The notes under the pieces: generated by a model
What the model saw: the letters and a program-made list of their open reading frames with translations, nothing else
Told to the model about the DNA's origin: nothing
Databases searched by the model: none
Shown: one piece after another, positions 47,151-50,629 of the stretch
Position numbering within the stretch: the stretch's first letter is position 1
How the letters are laid out: every line of letters begins with the position of its first letter
Origin: Coniocarpon cinnabarinum
Lineage: Eukaryota
Length of the DNA stretch: 50,629 nucleotides
Assembly: GCA_051942205.1 (NCBI GenBank)
Contig: JAVECO010000168.1
Span: 1 to 50,629 of the forward strand
Reading direction: 5' to 3'
Position numbers and translations under genes: made by a program

Positions 47151-50000
47151 TGTGAGCTGAGTGGTGCGGGCGTGCAGAAATGTAGTGGTGATAGATTCTT
47201 TTTGGGGATTTGGCTGTAAATGATGGATTGGACTTGGGAAATGCTTGAGGAGATATCTTCAAAGCCGTCGACATATCAGCGCTTTTAAATAAGGTGAGCG
47301 CTCACAAGTGACAAGCTGGCCTTTGTTGATGAGACACGTTATGGTTAAGAGAGATGGACGAACGCAGCGATTCACATATCTGAAACAGTGGTGGAGTGGA
47401 AGCTCCTTGGGTCGAGATGACAGTTGGAGACGAACGGTCCACTAACATCGCGGCCCACGACGGCTTCAAGGCGCCGAGAGGCGTCATAATCTGTAAATAA
47501 GACCGGGTCCATCTACTAAACGGTGTGACGAGGAGCAATTAGCAAACAATTATTGTATGAGTTGTCCTGACCGGCTCGGATAGACCTCGTCGGCAGTTTG
47601 TACCACCGTCTGTCAGTTGGGAGGATAGCAGCAATCTGTACACAGTGGATGCACCCGTTCTTGCTCTTCTTTGTTGGAATGGAAAGGCCTACTAACACAT
47701 GGTCGAGTGCGGCCTAATAGGACCTCTGCGGGACACATTTGAGCCGCAATGAGCAACACCATGAACAGTAGGTTTGGTGGGAGACGCCGCACACCAACGA
47801 CTGCACGGGCAAGGCTTGATAATCTCATAGGGCCTGTAGCTTCCTCCTCTCGTTATAGTTTGGCCACGTGGAGTGAGTCATGGAGAGGATAGCGGCGAAA
47901 CCTCAGATCTCGTAGACACTAAGATGAATGCATTTTCCGCGACATACCAAACACAAGTCAAAGTCTCGTATTATGATGGAGCCAGCCAACATGTTCAGGA
48001 TCCATGCATTTGGATACGATAGCTGTTTTCTTCTGTTGGGTTTTATCGTAGCAGCGCGAATTTGTCATACAGAGCTCAGACCAGCAACGCAAAGAAAAGG
48101 CCACCGTTCATGTAAAGGTCCTGCAGATCAACCCAGGGATGACACGTTGAGTTGCCGCAGGGGAATTTGCGCTGACAGAGACGGTTCGAGGCTCCGGCTT
48201 GAATGTTGTGGAGGATTTCCGTGATCTCCAACAGTCCTCCATCTTGTAATTTTCCGTTTGCATCTTCACAGCCCATGATCACTGCACGTTCCGCCGCATG
48301 CTAAAAAGAACAAGAAGTGTTGTATGGCGGCGGCGGCGAACGTGCAGATGATATCCAAAATGACACATGGAACTGTCGTCGGAAAGGAGCTCTCACTCTT
48401 ACAAGGAGGTAGAGACGGTTGGGGTTGAGGTGTGAATACATACTATGGTGGAGGATGTTTGCGGTTGCCAAGAGTCCCGTGGACGTCAGAGCTTCCGTTT
48501 TCATCATGTCCATGTCTCCGCAGCCCCCAGACGTTCTCGTTTCAGACGGGAATGGAAAAGTAGCTCAGAAGTCCCGTATTTAGTGAGACCAGGTGGTCGA
48601 AATATCCCCGAAAGCTATCTAGACTCGCAGGAATTAGCACGAGAATGAACTAACATTGCAGTCTACAGGGGCTGCAGTCCCCAGACATGGTAATCAATAG
48701 ACAGTCACCTGAAGACGAGCCATGCCGCGCGGGCCGCCAGCAGCGAATTAGGCCGAAGCATAATAGCGAGATTGTCTTGATGCGTGCCTGCGAGTTGACG
48801 GGGGACAGCCCGGTCAAGAAACGTCAGCGATTTTTCTCAAAGAATGCTTGCCCTTTATTCCTGTGGCGAAATCGTTTGCTGTAGCATATAACTCTCTAGA
48901 AAGGAGCGGAGAAGCTTGCTTGCCTGGGCTGGCGTCTTGTTGTCAAGTACCACGTATACGTCCATACGCGACAGTGCCCTACACTACCAGCTGGTTACTC
49001 CAAACCACAACTCGCGCTCTCCTCCAACCCGACTCTCTCTCATTGCCCAGGTCAGGGGAGAGGCTGGCGCAGAAACCACAAATCTCGTAGACACCACGAC
49101 AAACGCATCTCCCAACAGAATACTCGATGACGTCGCCAGCGGCTGTGTAGATTAACCAAGGATTAACACGCCGGCTTATTAGCAGAAGCCTAAACGCTAT
49201 GACGAACGCGTCTTGCGGCTACCTGTCGGCCCCCGAGGCATGCGCTAAGCTCTGAGGGCTGAAATCAAGTAGTGCAGTGAGATCTGCGCCTAGCTCTCGG
49301 GTGCATTATGGCCCTGAGTCGTCAAAGTCTAAGTTCGACCCAGAAAGCTCTGGGTCAGCGGGAGGATCTGATCCAGATCCTAGGAAAATACGAAGGAGTA
49401 CCTGAACAAATGGTCTCGTGCCTCACGTGCAAGCACATGTGGCGCGTCTGACAATTGTCCCCCGAAAACCAGACCGACAGCGCCACAAGTGGAGTGGTCC
49501 CTTCACCTATGTATACGCGAAGACATTGCAGGTGAAAGATGTCGAAATCTATTGGGGGTTGCAATCCACAGTCATTATAAGGATGTGAACTTTCTGTTTG
49601 CAGAACTGAAATGTCTTGACAAGCCCCAAGCGGTCTCGTGTAAGACGGAAATGTGAAACCAGCTGCTTATAAAGCGCTCGGAATTCCGAGATTGGCGAGA
49701 TCAGGTGGTTGAAGCACATCTCTCTTCCCGATGCTATGCTCACCATACCATACTCAAATAGAAGAATGATGATATCATGCTCACCAAGGACTTTTCTTAC
49801 CAAAGGGATATATCAAGCAGCAGTACTAGCATGCAGAGGCTTTATAAGTACAGTAACGACCTCGCCCAATGTCCGCAAACAGGGCATCAAGGGCGAGTGA
49901 TTGAGTCGGAATAAGATTAATCCGTATTTACCGCAGCCAAGCCGGCGTATAAGGGACTTTTCTCGAACGGTGGATTTTCGGGTGTCTAAATAAAGACGTG

Positions 50001-50629
50001 GTAATAATTATTAATTGGTTAACTATCTATTAAGTAGCAAGAAGTCTAAGGATCTCTAAAAATAGAGGGTACCTTATTATCTTTTATATATAGTAATTAT
50101 ATTATATAACTTATAACTATTAAATTTTTTAATATATCTTTTTAGAGCCTTTAAAGATATTAAAAAATATTATGTTTTACTAAATTTAGCTAATTTTTAT
50201 ATAATTTTTTATTTAAAAAATTAAACTTAAATAATAAATAAATTAGTTAAATTATTAGTATTTTAATAGTTTTATAAAATTATTAGTAGTTTAATTTTTT
50301 ATATTAATTTATTAAAAAAAATTACTAGCTTTTACTTTTTAATATGTCTAAAGCTAATAAATATTAATATAATAAAGCTTTATAGTAATAGTATTATTAT
50401 TAAATTAAGTAATATAAAAAATATTAAAGTTATTATAGTAAATTAAAAATTAATAATTAAAATTAAGATTAATTATTTTAAAAAATTAAATTTACTAATA
50501 AAAAATAAAGCTAAGTATAAAAATAGTAAAAAGCTTAGCTTTTATAATTAATATTATAATTATTTTTTATATAATAACTTTTTAATTAATAAATACTAAA
50601 AAAAAAAAAATAATAAGACTATATAATAA
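50001..50629. mobile_element. AT-rich block, probably a RIP-mutated repeat/transposon relic running off the window end
   Basis: Abrupt switch from balanced composition to overwhelmingly A/T, with abundant TpA, almost no CpA/TpG, no ORFs and an A-tract near 50598-50610. The element family cannot be identified. Confidence 0.75.

Noticed and set aside
49362..49381. AGGATCTG-atc-CAGATCCT hairpin
   Set aside because: An 8-bp stem is expected by chance in 50 kb and has no partner feature.
49355..49980. Possible interrupted gene next to the AT-rich block
   Set aside because: Only short ORFs with no recognisable domain.

Overview
Genomic DNA from a filamentous ascomycete (Pezizomycotina), judged from short GT-AG introns with CTRAC/CTAAC branch sites, fungal-type proteins and a RIP-like AT-rich block at the right end. 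Conserved core genes (RPD3 histone deacetylase, kinesin-8, a Tim17-like protein, prenylcysteine lyase, Nup37, APC1/BimE) alternate with accessory islands. The islands hold three genes starting with a fungal STAND/NLR N-terminal (HeLo-like/SesA-type) domain. Two of these are convergent NACHT paralogues: one heavily decayed, one intact except for a single in-frame TGA. The third is fused to a ubiquitin-like plus Zn-ribbon module. All three encode the N-terminal domain on a ~143-146-codon first exon closed by a phase-2 intron. The islands also contain a PD-(D/E)XK-like gene, a divergent intron-split JmjC gene, a carboxylesterase with an apparent catalytic Glu->Gly change, a PTH11-like receptor remnant and a degenerate 15-bp (pentapeptide-period) repeat. 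Exon structures were assembled by hand and family names come from motif recognition; no database search was run. No tRNA, rRNA or CRISPR features were seen.
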